Below, piece after piece: positions 45,382 through 54,072 of a DNA stretch of 64,000 nt. Each line of letters begins with the position of its first letter. Position 1 is the first letter of the stretch. The position numbers and the translations under genes were made by a program. The notes under the pieces are model-generated. The model ran no database searches and had not been told where the DNA came from. It was given only the letters and a program-made list of their open reading frames with translations. Origin of the DNA: an uncultured Clostridia bacterium (GTDB lineage Bacteria > Bacillota > Clostridia > Christensenellales > UBA1242); assembly GCA_905235475.1 (NCBI GenBank), contig CAJOLU010000001.1:38917-102916 (forward strand). Reading direction: 5' to 3'.

Positions 45382-46680
45382 ATGAAAAAAATAGAAATAC
45401 CAAATTCACTTAAAGAGTTAAGTGACATATTTAAACAAAATGGAAAAAAACTTTATATTGTTGGGGGATACATTCGCAATGCTCTTTTAGGATTTTGCGA
45501 AACAGACATTGATATTTGTGGCGAAGCACGTTATGAAGAAATTAAGAAGTTCTTAAAGAACTCTATTTTCACTGTTAAACTCATAAATGAAAAACTAAAC
45601 ACCATTCACATAAAAAGCAAAGTGAGTGAAGAAGAGTTTGAATATAGCACATTTAGAGAAGAGATTTATGATGAGGGTGGAACACACACGCCAACAAAAA
45701 TCAATTTTATTGATGATATTAAAAAGGATTCCATTAGACGAGATTTCACTTGTAACAGCATATATTATGATTTGCAAGAAGACAAAATTTTGGATTTTTA
45801 TGATGGAGTTCGTGATGTTTTGGAACACAGAATAAAAACTGTTGATGTGCCACAAAACACTTTTGATAATGATGGATTGAGAATCCTTAGAATGGTTAGA
45901 TTTGCTTGCGAACTTGATTTTGATATTGATGAAAACACTTTTATGGTTGCAAAGGAAAAGATTTCATATCTAAAAGATATTTCTCAAGAAAGGTTTAACA
46001 AAGAAATTATTGCAATCTTGTTTTCAGACTTCAAATACGACAGTATAAAGAACCCAAACAGTCCACGCGAAGGGCTAAACCTTTTGTGTGAGTTGGGTGC
46101 GTTTGGTTATATTTTCCGTGAACTTAGTTATAACCTTGGCGTTGAAGAAGTGAATAATCGCCTAAAAGAGCCTTGGGCGATTGTGTTTAAATCATCTCCA
46201 AGTAGCCATAGGCTTTCTGTTTTTGTGTATGAAATTTTGAAAGGGTTGGGGCTTGAAATAAACAAACAAAACATTGAGTTAATCTTGGGAAAAAATGGGC
46301 TTATGGTTGGCAAACAAGAGATTGAACTTCAAACAAACCTTTTGGTTGCATTAGAAAAAAGTTTTTGTCTTCAAAACCAAGACATTCCACCTTTTCTTCA
46401 AAAATATGGCGACAATATTTCTAGGATTTTGGATTTAATGCGTGTTTTTAATGTTGGAGATAACATTAGAGCAGTTTACAAGATTATGAAAGAAGATAAT
46501 GTTCCAATAAGTGTTAAGGATTTGGCGATTGATGGCTTTGACATCATGAGGAACTTTCCTGTGATTGAAAGAAAGGAATATGCAAAAATACTAAACGATT
46601 TATTAAAAGAATGTTGCTATATTCCAGAAATGAACACAAAAGAGAATTTGCTAAAAATGATAAGGAGTAAGTATATATGA
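45382..46680 (+). CDS. cca: tRNA nucleotidyltransferase (CCA-adding)/poly(A) polymerase family protein
   Basis: GG.IRNALLG....D.D class II NTase head, plus RD.T.N. Confidence 0.75.
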   Translation: MKKIEIPNSLKELSDIFKQNGKKLYIVGGYIRNALLGFCETDIDICGEARYEEIKKFLKNSIFTVKLINEKLNTIHIKSKVSEEEFEYSTFREEIYDEGGTHTPTKINFIDDIKKDSIRRDFTCNSIYYDLQEDKILDFYDGVRDVLEHRIKTVDVPQNTFDNDGLRILRMVRFACELDFDIDENTFMVAKEKISYLKDISQERFNKEIIAILFSDFKYDSIKNPNSPREGLNLLCELGAFGYIFRELSYNLGVEEVNNRLKEPWAIVFKSSPSSHRLSVFVYEILKGLGLEINKQNIELILGKNGLMVGKQEIELQTNLLVALEKSFCLQNQDIPPFLQKYGDNISRILDLMRVFNVGDNIRAVYKIMKEDNVPISVKDLAIDGFDIMRNFPVIERKEYAKILNDLLKECCYIPEMNTKENLLKMIRSKYI

Positions 46681-47981
46681 TAGAGGTTATTTTAGGGGCT
46701 GTTTGTGCGGTTTTGCTGGTTGTTGTTATCTCTCTTTTGGTTGTTTTGATAAAAAGAAAAAATGACAACAAAGAGATTGATGCGGTTGGACTATTAAATG
46801 CTGTTAAACAAGATAATGAAAAAACTGTTATGCAAGTTAAACTTGATAACGAAAGCGTGATTAAACTATTAAGTGAGAGCAATTCAAGTTTTCAAAAATA
46901 TATAAAAGACTATAATGAAGCAATCACAAAAGGGCTTGCAGAAACATACAATATGCAACGCTCACTATTAAAAGATGTTGAACAAAGAATTAATGATGTG
47001 CTAAGAAATAATGACACGCATCAAGAAAAACTGCAAAAAAGTTTGCAAGAGAGCATTGAAAAACTTCAAAACAGCAACGAGAAGAAGTTGGAAGAAATGA
47101 GAACAACTGTTGATGAAAAGCTTCAAAGCACGCTAGAAAAACGACTTAACACAAGTTTTACGCAAGTTAGTGAAAGGCTTGAACAAGTTTATAAAGGTCT
47201 TGGAGAAATGAAGACTTTGGCTGGCGATGTTGGAGACCTTAAAAAAGTTTTGAGCAATGTGAAAACAAGAGGAACTTGGGGCGAAGTGCAACTTGGAAAT
47301 CTGTTGGAACAAATGCTTTCTCCAGAACAATTTGCTGCCCAAGTTATGCTGGATAAAAACAGCACAGAAAGGGTGGATTTTGTTATTGTTATGCCAGGAA
47401 AAGATGACAAAACTGTTTTGCTTCCAATAGACTCAAAATATCCAATCGAAAGTTATCAAAGAATTGTTGAGAGCAGTGAAAACAACAATACTGTTGCATT
47501 GGAGGCAAACTTAAAAGAACTAGAAAAAACAGTGAAAGCCTATGCAAAAGATATAAGCCAAAAATATATCAAAGTTCCAACAACAACAGATTTTGCAATT
47601 ATGTATCTTCCCATAGAAGGGCTTTATGCTGAAGTGATTAAAAACACAAATTTGGTTCAAACTCTTCAACGAGATTACCGCATTATGGTTTGTGGACCAA
47701 CAACTTTGGCAGCTCTTTTAAACAGCCTTCAAATGGGATTTAGAACACTTGCCATTGAAAAGCGTTCAAGTGAAGTTTGGGCTCTTTTATCGCTGTTTAA
47801 AACTGAGTTTGCAAAGTTCTCTGAACTTTTGTTAAAAACTCAAAAGAAATTGGTTGAGGCAAGCAACACAATTGATGACGCAACCAAGAAAACTAGAACT
47901 ATTGAAAGAAAGTTAAAATCAATAGACTCGATAGAGCCAGCAGGGCAAGTGGACAGCATCGATTTTGATGTTGATGATTAA
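46677..47981 (+). CDS. rmuC: DNA recombination protein RmuC
   Basis: N-terminal TM, coiled coil, and a C-terminal RmuC nuclease-like domain (DFVI.MPG......IDSK.P, MYLP.E, GPTTL.ALL). Confidence 0.8.
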   Translation: MIEVILGAVCAVLLVVVISLLVVLIKRKNDNKEIDAVGLLNAVKQDNEKTVMQVKLDNESVIKLLSESNSSFQKYIKDYNEAITKGLAETYNMQRSLLKDVEQRINDVLRNNDTHQEKLQKSLQESIEKLQNSNEKKLEEMRTTVDEKLQSTLEKRLNTSFTQVSERLEQVYKGLGEMKTLAGDVGDLKKVLSNVKTRGTWGEVQLGNLLEQMLSPEQFAAQVMLDKNSTERVDFVIVMPGKDDKTVLLPIDSKYPIESYQRIVESSENNNTVALEANLKELEKTVKAYAKDISQKYIKVPTTTDFAIMYLPIEGLYAEVIKNTNLVQTLQRDYRIMVCGPTTLAALLNSLQMGFRTLAIEKRSSEVWALLSLFKTEFAKFSELLLKTQKKLVEASNTIDDATKKTRTIERKLKSIDSIEPAGQVDSIDFDVDD

Positions 47982-48127
47982 TAATAACTGGGACGATTGT
48001 GCTCGCACCTAATGTCCAAACAGCACTTATATTCATATTTTTTGCAAGGGCATTGATTCACTGGTGTTTGCCCTCCGCATTGTTGATAATAGTTGTTATT
48101 ATACATGTTGTTACATAAATTACACAT
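47978..48127 (-). CDS. Unannotated 49-aa cysteine-rich small protein (8 Cys)
   Basis: My own translation: MCNLCNNMYNNNYYQQCGGQTPVNQCPCKKYEYKCCLDIRCEHNRPSYY. AAGGAG sits 8 nt upstream of the ATG. A TTGGCA-18-TATAAT promoter lies on the - strand (48249..48220). Below the 60-aa track cutoff. Confidence 0.5.
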   Translation of the reverse strand: MCNLCNNMYNNNYYQQCGGQTPVNQCPCKKYEYKCCLDIRCEHNRPSYY

Positions 48128-48135
48128 AATATTCT

Positions 48136-48169
48136 CCTTTACATAACCAAAAAAACTGGTTATGTAAGG
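48136..48169 (-). promoter_or_regulatory. 5'-UTR hairpin overlapping the Shine-Dalgarno of the Cys-rich ORF
   Basis: 12-bp stem (CCTTACATAACC / GGTTATGTAAAGG, one bulge, 9-nt loop). The 3' arm contains the AAGG of the AAGGAG SD. No T-run on either strand, so it is not a terminator. Confidence 0.45.
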
Positions 48170-48291
48170 AAGTGCTTCATGGATAGTTTACGCAAGTTTG
48201 CAAAAAAATGTTAAACAAAATTATAAAAAAGTGTTATTTTGTTTGCCAAAAATGAACAAAACATATATAATAAATATTGATAGGAGTTTTT

Positions 48292-48741
48292 ATGGGGTAT
48301 TTCGACAATATTGACAACACGATGGAAAAGATCCAAGAATCTGGCGATATTGAACGCTATGCTGGGAATGCTTTTTGGTTCAGTATTGGCTCTTTGGGTG
48401 TTTTTGTTCACGCTTTGATTTTTTCGCTTGTTTTTTGGACTCAGTTTGGCTCTTTGAGTGAATTGATGTCGGGCGGTTCGTCAAGTGCAACAAATTTAAG
48501 TGGTTCTCTTGGACTTGCACTTGTTGTGATTATTTGTTTTGTTTTTGCTTTTAGTGTGTTTTTGAGTGTTGTGGGGCTTGTTTTTAATATGAAATCACAC
48601 CAAGCAGCAGCAGTTATTCGTGAGAAGAATGAACTAAATGCTATGTCAACCTCATTCAATTTCTTGTGGATTCTTTTGGATATTATTTGTGTTACAATGA
48701 ACATTATTTTCTTGTCATTGTTTATTGCACCAAACTTATAG
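48292..48741 (+). CDS. Hypothetical membrane protein (3 TM)
   Basis: 149 aa from the ATG behind an AGGAG RBS, with a TTGCCA-17-TATAAT promoter at 48243..48271. Confidence 0.5.
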   Translation: MGYFDNIDNTMEKIQESGDIERYAGNAFWFSIGSLGVFVHALIFSLVFWTQFGSLSELMSGGSSSATNLSGSLGLALVVIICFVFAFSVFLSVVGLVFNMKSHQAAAVIREKNELNAMSTSFNFLWILLDIICVTMNIIFLSLFIAPNL

Positions 48742-48752
48742 GAGGATTTGTT

Positions 48753-49055
48753 ATGGAACAATTTGTTTTCCCCGCAGTTTTATATAAGGATGCTGAAAAT
48801 AGGGGCTATACAATTATTTTAAACGATGTGAATATTTGCACGGAAGGAGTTAGCGTGGAGGATGCTTTCTTGCGTGCCAAGGAATTTTTGGAAGTGTATG
48901 TTCGTTGTGCTATGGAATATAATGGTGAAATTGAGCCCGCAACAAAATATGAAGAAGTTGATGCTGGGAAAAATAATATTGTTTTGCTTATTGATGCTTT
49001 GTATGATGGCGACGAATCAGTGGCAGAGCCAAGATTTTCAATCGACTTAAATTAA
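48753..49055 (+). CDS. HicB-like (UPF0150/HicB N-terminal fold) protein without a DNA-binding domain
   Basis: 100 aa; FPAVLYKDAENRGYTIILNDVNICTEGVSVEDAFLRAKEFLEVYV matches the HicB pattern (YPA.....E.GGY.V.FPDLPGC.T.G.T.EEA...A.EAL). GGAGGA RBS. Confidence 0.55.
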   Translation: MEQFVFPAVLYKDAENRGYTIILNDVNICTEGVSVEDAFLRAKEFLEVYVRCAMEYNGEIEPATKYEEVDAGKNNIVLLIDALYDGDESVAEPRFSIDLN

Positions 49056-49068
49056 TAGAGGTGTTTTT

Positions 49069-49692
49069 ATGATATCAAAAACATTTACAAATGAGCAGGC
49101 AAACGATCACCTTGCATATGCGCTCACTTGTGGATATGCTTTTGAAAAGTTTATATATGGAAAAGGTGTTTATGGGAACCGAGTTTCATTAATGAGAGAC
49201 AAAAGAGCGGCATATTTGTTTGGGGGAGAGAATGCGTTTAAATTTAGTTCTTTTCATATAATTGAAGGAATTAAGGCTTTGGAAATTCCACAAACAATTT
49301 TGATGACAAGGCAAAAGCTTGAAGAATTTTATACTAAAAAAGAAGATATGTTAGACTTTTTAGAGAACTACAAGTCGGAATTTATTTCCGTTGAAGATAT
49401 GGAAAAAGTTGTGGATAATTGGTATGAAAATGTGAGCAAAAAACTTTTGGTTAGCAAAGTGACAGACTTTGCAAGGCTTAACAATTTCTTAATTTCAAGT
49501 ATTATTTTATATCTTCCAATTAGTGCACAAATTGATATTGCCGAATTTAGGAAAAAACAAATATTAATTTTGTTAACGCAATCAATAATAACGGAAGATT
49601 TTGCAAGAAAACAAATTGAACTTATGCCAACATCACAAGACAAACTAATTTTGTTAAAACAAAAAATATTAATGCAAAAAAATAGCAAATAA
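49069..49692 (+). CDS. Hypothetical helical protein
   Basis: 207 aa, RBS AGAGGTG, 13 nt after the HicB-like gene, terminator at ~49694..49720. No family recognised. Confidence 0.45.
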   Translation: MISKTFTNEQANDHLAYALTCGYAFEKFIYGKGVYGNRVSLMRDKRAAYLFGGENAFKFSSFHIIEGIKALEIPQTILMTRQKLEEFYTKKEDMLDFLENYKSEFISVEDMEKVVDNWYENVSKKLLVSKVTDFARLNNFLISSIILYLPISAQIDIAEFRKKQILILLTQSIITEDFARKQIELMPTSQDKLILLKQKILMQKNSK

Positions 49693-49755
49693 AAAATCCA
49701 GTTTAACTGGGTTTTTTTATCGTATAATTGAAGCAAAAACGCAAAAACTAACATA

Positions 49756-51045
49756 ATGGAAAAGTTTTTTAATGTGAAAAAGTTGTTTTTGATTTTTGAA
49801 TTATTTTTGTGCTTTGGATTTGTTATAATATTTTCTGGAAGTTTTCAAAAAGAAAGCGTAGAAATTGTTATTCACTGCAATAATGAAGTGGTTTGTTGGA
49901 GTGAAACAAAGTGTTTGGAAACAGAAGCTATTGATGATTTGTTCAAAATGCAAAAAAGGGGTTTTGGAACAACACATAATGAGAGAAAAGATTTGGTGGA
50001 AACAATTATTTCAATGGGATTTTCAACCGAAGATGCATTAAACTATGTGTTTCCAGGATTAAAACAGCAAATTAATGATCTGGCGAAAAGAATTTATGTG
50101 TCTCCAGTTGATGCAAAAGCAAAGTTCGCGCCAAACAATAACCAAAAATTTTCCTACACAAATGAGAGGAATGGAGCCTTTATTGATAAAGATGAATTAT
50201 ATAACGGTATTTTAATTAATTTAGAAAAAACCAATAAAATCGAACTTAATATATCACCAAAAACAATTTTGCCAAAAACAACCAAAAAAGAGTTAAAAGA
50301 ACAAACCAAACTTGTGTCATTTTTTGAAACAGATTATAGCCATAGTTCAGCAAGCAGAAAGAATAACATTCATCTTGCTCTAAACGCAATTAATGGACTA
50401 AAATTGGAACCCAACAAAGAATATTCATTCAATGAAATAACGGGCAGAAGGACAAAAGAAAAAGGGTATAAGGAGGCAAACATAATTGTTAACAATGAAT
50501 ATGTTGAGGGCTTTGGGGGCGGAGTGTGCCAAGTTAGCACAACACTATATAATGCTTTGCTGTTAGCAGATGTTTGCGTGCTGGAGAGTCACCCACACAG
50601 TTTGGAAAGCAGTTATGTTATGGCGGGATTTGATGCAATGGTTAACTATGGTTCCAGTGATTTAAGATTTGTGAACAAAAAACCATATCCACAATATGTG
50701 AGAGCATATCACACAAATAATAAAATTGGTGTTGAAATTTATTCATCGCCACTTCCATACAAAATTACAAGAAAGCAAATAATTTTAAGTGAAAGGTCCT
50801 TACCAGATGTTGTGGTGGAAGATAAAACCCTTTTGGTAGGGGAAAGAAGATACACAACTATTCCAAAGGTTGGAAGAAAGATAAAGAGTTGTTTGGAGTA
50901 TTCACAAAATGGCAAAGTGATTTTCACAAAAACGCTTCGCACTCAAACCTACAAGCCAGTTCAAGGCATTTTGATTGTTGGAACAAAACAAACTGGTGAA
51001 GATGTGAATAACAACACTTTTTCTTCTTTTATAAATGGGGATTGA
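49756..51045 (+). CDS. VanW family protein
   Basis: N-terminal TM plus the VanW core (GGGVCQVSTTLYNA). Confidence 0.75.
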   Translation: MEKFFNVKKLFLIFELFLCFGFVIIFSGSFQKESVEIVIHCNNEVVCWSETKCLETEAIDDLFKMQKRGFGTTHNERKDLVETIISMGFSTEDALNYVFPGLKQQINDLAKRIYVSPVDAKAKFAPNNNQKFSYTNERNGAFIDKDELYNGILINLEKTNKIELNISPKTILPKTTKKELKEQTKLVSFFETDYSHSSASRKNNIHLALNAINGLKLEPNKEYSFNEITGRRTKEKGYKEANIIVNNEYVEGFGGGVCQVSTTLYNALLLADVCVLESHPHSLESSYVMAGFDAMVNYGSSDLRFVNKKPYPQYVRAYHTNNKIGVEIYSSPLPYKITRKQIILSERSLPDVVVEDKTLLVGERRYTTIPKVGRKIKSCLEYSQNGKVIFTKTLRTQTYKPVQGILIVGTKQTGEDVNNNTFSSFINGD

Positions 51046-51155
51046 TTATGTAAGAAATATTTTGAATTTTTTAGAAAAATCTGCTAAAAAATAGGACAAA
51101 ATCCAAACAAATATGATATACTAAAGAATATTATATAAAGAAAGGGAGGAGGTTT

Positions 51156-52091
51156 TTGATGATTTTAAATGAGCACTACACCGAAGTTGATGGCGCTTTG
51201 ATGCCGCAAGAGTTCTATCAAACATTGAAGAAATTTCCAAAGACTGCTGTAACTTTCTTTTCAAAAAAACTTCTAAAAATTTTTGTAAAAAAATATGAAT
51301 GTGAAAAAATTGCAGAGCTTGAAAATGAAACCATGGCTTTCCCAATTTACAAAACAAAAGTGAAAAACTGCAATCTTATTGTTTATCAATCTCCTGTTGG
51401 TGCTCCCGCTGCTGCAAGTTTGATGGAAGATGTGATAGCGCTTGGGGCAAGGCATATTTTGGCTGTTGGTTGTTGTGGTTGTTTGGATGAAAACATTGAT
51501 GCAACCGACCTCATTGTTCCAAATGTGGCAATTCGCGATGAGGGGCTTTCATATCACTATTTAAAAACTCAAGACGAAATTGTTTTAAATAAAAAAATGG
51601 TTGACCTTGTGGTGGAATCGTTGAAAAAACAAAAACAACACTATGTTGTTGGAAAAACTTGGACAAATGATGGACTATATCGTGAAACACAAGAGAAGAT
51701 TGCCAAGAGGAAAAAACAGGGAGCAATTGTTGTTGAAATGGAAACTTCGGCTTTAGCATCTGTTGCTGAATTTAGGAAGGTTCATTTTGCTCAAATCTTG
51801 TATGGAGCAGACAGCCTTGCAAATGGTGGCTATGACAAAAGAACTTTTAGGGGAGAAAAAGTTCCAAAACGTGTTGAGGGAATTGTTGATGTGGCTCTTG
51901 TGTGTGGTGCGCATATTGATAGGTGCATGAGCAAGCAAGAAGATAATCAAGATGATGACCCTAAGCCTCCAAAGTTTTTTAAACTTTTGTGGATTCTTAA
52001 CAAAGAAATAAAAAGAGAGCTAAATGCAAGCAGAGAAAGGCGAGAGAGGCGAAAACAAAAAAGGCTTGCTCAAAAACAAAAGGAAAAATAA
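51156..52091 (+). CDS. Nucleoside phosphorylase (PNP_UDP_1 family) with an Arg/Lys-rich C-terminal tail
   Basis: GVGAP-type loop (SPVGAPAAA), VVEMETSAL motif, and a ~60-aa charged tail. Confidence 0.6.
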   Translation: MMILNEHYTEVDGALMPQEFYQTLKKFPKTAVTFFSKKLLKIFVKKYECEKIAELENETMAFPIYKTKVKNCNLIVYQSPVGAPAAASLMEDVIALGARHILAVGCCGCLDENIDATDLIVPNVAIRDEGLSYHYLKTQDEIVLNKKMVDLVVESLKKQKQHYVVGKTWTNDGLYRETQEKIAKRKKQGAIVVEMETSALASVAEFRKVHFAQILYGADSLANGGYDKRTFRGEKVPKRVEGIVDVALVCGAHIDRCMSKQEDNQDDDPKPPKFFKLLWILNKEIKRELNASRERRERRKQKRLAQKQKEK

Positions 52092-52114
52092 GAGTTAGAA
52101 AGTTGTTTTGAACG

Positions 52115-52321
52115 ATGGAGAAATTGATTGGACGATGTGAATACTGTATTTTTATAAAACAAATTTGTCTATCTCTAATTGTTTTGGTGTTTGATGTATT
52201 TAATCTAAAATGGGTTGTTGGTGGAATTAATATTCATATTTTAACATTTATTTGTATTATTTTTTATGTGGCTGTTGTTATGCTTTCCAGAAAGAAAGAC
52301 GACAAAAAGAAGAAATTATAA
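52115..52321 (+). CDS. Small hypothetical membrane protein
   Basis: 68-aa ORF with two hydrophobic segments and a KKDDKKKKL tail. No clear RBS. Confidence 0.3.
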   Translation: MEKLIGRCEYCIFIKQICLSLIVLVFDVFNLKWVVGGINIHILTFICIIFYVAVVMLSRKKDDKKKKL

Positions 52322-52425
52322 GTTCACAAATAGGTCTTGGCCATACATTGTTTTTGGGTGGTGTTATTTCAGCTAGTTATTTTGTGTGCATGTTTTTGTT
52401 CTAAAAATGTTGAAAAAATGAAAAT

Positions 52426-52586
52426 TTTGCCACATAGCCTGTGGATAACTTGATAAAAATGTGGATAAGTCCCACATTTTTTGTTTATTTATTCTCGTTT
52501 TTGCATAAATATAACATAATTTTATAAAAATTCTACAAAATTTATAAATATTCAATGTGGATAAGTTGATGGAAAATTGTGGAAAA
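52426..52586 (+). promoter_or_regulatory. DnaA-box cluster flanking an AT-rich spacer
   Basis: Perfect TGTGGATAA (reverse complement of TTATCCACA) at 52440-52448, 52460-52468 and 52556-52564; TGTGGAAAA at 52578-52586; a weaker opposite-orientation TTTGCCACA at 52426-52434. Confidence 0.7.
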
Positions 52587-52682
52587 GTGCGATTTTTCGG
52601 GTGTGCTGTTTGTATGTTCTAAATGTATATTGCATAATTATAAATGAATAAAAAAATATATGAAAAACCACACAATTTTTGT

Positions 52683-52711
52683 TTGACTTTTTTGAAATTT
52701 CATATTATAAT
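52683..52711 (+). promoter_or_regulatory. Consensus-like sigma-A promoter (distal, upstream of the str operon)
   Basis: TTGACT, 17 nt, TATAAT. Confidence 0.5.
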
Positions 52712-52903
52712 TTTTGCCCAATTTATTGTGGCTTCGTTTTGATGAAAGTGTGGTTGAAATGAAAACCCCATTTTATTAAAAACCTAAATTAAGAATTTCA
52801 AGGTTGAATTGAATTTTAACATTTTTTAAGACACTGGGGATTAGTTAATATTATAAATATTATAAAAACTCTAATAAAAATAAACTTTTTTGCAATAAAA
52901 TTG

Positions 52904-52932
52904 TTGACAATAGCCGTTTTTTTTGATACAAT
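52904..52932 (+). promoter_or_regulatory. Sigma-A promoter of the str operon (proximal)
   Basis: TTGACA, 17 nt, TACAAT, leaving a ~200-nt leader before rpsL. Confidence 0.55.
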
Positions 52933-53133
52933 CTCCTTACTACAATTTGAATTTGTAGCCATTTTATTTTAAATCGACGATTTAGAATAAGCCCATTTTG
53001 GTTTGCTTTAAAGTGTGTGTAACAAACCAAAGTGGAAGGCTAAATATAAAAACTAGTTTTGTTAAATATTTGGCAAGTGGAATTTTTATAGGGTTGAACA
53101 AAAATTCCAATCAAATTTGTATAGGAGGATAAA

Positions 53134-53511
53134 ATGCCAACAATCAATCAATTGATAAAACATGGTCGTAAGGACAAAGTGAAGAAAACAAAGTCACCAC
53201 TCCTTAATGGTTGTCCACAAAAACGTGGAGTTTGTTTTGTTGTAACAACAACCACACCTAAAAAGCCTAACTCAGCTTTGCGTAAGATTGCCAAAGTTAG
53301 ACTATCAAATGGACAAGAAAGCACTATGTATATCCCTGGAATTGGTCACAACCTTCAAGAACACTCTGTTGTTTTGGTTCGTGGTGGTCGTGTTCCTGAC
53401 CTAATCGGTGTGCGTTATCATGTTGTCCGTGGTGTGCTCGACACAGCCGGAGTTGCAAAACGTAATCAGGGTAGAAGTAAATACGGCGCTAAGAAAGAAA
53501 AGAAAGCGTAA
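53134..53511 (+). CDS. rpsL: 30S ribosomal protein S12
   Basis: [10 protein letters not shown]; the [10 protein letters not shown] motif. Confidence 0.95.
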   Translation: MPTINQLIKHGRKDKVKKTKSPLLNGCPQKRGVCFVVTTTTPKKPNSALRKIAKVRLSNGQESTMYIPGIGHNLQEHSVVLVRGGRVPDLIGVRYHVVRGVLDTAGVAKRNQGRSKYGAKKEKKA

Positions 53512-53580
53512 TATTTATATAATGAATAATCATTTGGTTTGGAATCAAACCCTAAATCTATAAGGAGGAAAAATTACACT

Positions 53581-54051
53581 ATGTCAAGAAGAAATGCTGC
53601 ACCAGTTCGTAAGATACTTGCTGACCCAAAGTATAATTCATTAGTTGTTGCAAAACTTATCAATCAAGTTATGCTTGATGGAAAGAAAGGAATTGCGCAA
53701 AGAATTGTTTATGACGCTTTGGATATTTTGGCTGAAAAGACTGGAGTTGGTGCAATGGAAGCGCTTGAAAAAGCTATGGAAAATGTTATGCCACTTGTTG
53801 AAACAAAACCTAGAAAAGTTGGTGGTGCAAGCTATCAAGTTCCTGTTGAAGTTAGACCAGCTAGAAGACAAACACTTGCAATTCGTTGGATTGTTTTGTT
53901 TGCTAAAAAGCGTGGTGAAAGAGGAATGGAACAAAGACTTGCTGGCGAACTATTTGATGCCTTCAACTCAACGGGCGGAGCATTCAAGAGAAAAGAAGAA
54001 GTTCACCGTCAAGCAGAAGCAAATAAAGCATTTGCACACTTTAAATATTAA
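53581..54051 (+). CDS. rpsG: 30S ribosomal protein S7
   Basis: MSRRNAAPVR..L.DPKY. Start at the ATG behind a AGGAGGA RBS rather than the track's upstream start. Confidence 0.95.
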   Translation: MSRRNAAPVRKILADPKYNSLVVAKLINQVMLDGKKGIAQRIVYDALDILAEKTGVGAMEALEKAMENVMPLVETKPRKVGGASYQVPVEVRPARRQTLAIRWIVLFAKKRGERGMEQRLAGELFDAFNSTGGAFKRKEEVHRQAEANKAFAHFKY

Positions 54052-54072
54052 TAAAAAACAAGGAGAAATAAT

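Noticed and set aside
48292-49692. A canonical HicA-HicB toxin-antitoxin pair.
   Set aside because: No HicA-sized, dsRBD-like ORF is present on either strand next to the HicB-like gene, and the HicB-like protein lacks a DNA-binding domain. It is reported only as a non-canonical cassette.
52373-52555. 60-aa - strand ORF in the track that overlaps the DnaA boxes.
   Set aside because: No RBS, low-complexity AT-driven sequence, and it lies in a regulatory gap; most likely spurious.
52426-52586. Calling the DnaA-box cluster the chromosomal origin (oriC).
   Set aside because: No dnaA or dnaN is adjacent, and genes on both sides (about 34.5-60 kb) are uniformly on the + strand, with no orientation switch at this point. 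I could not identify DnaA-trio repeats. It is kept as a DnaA-binding cluster of unknown role; whole-genome skew is needed to settle it.
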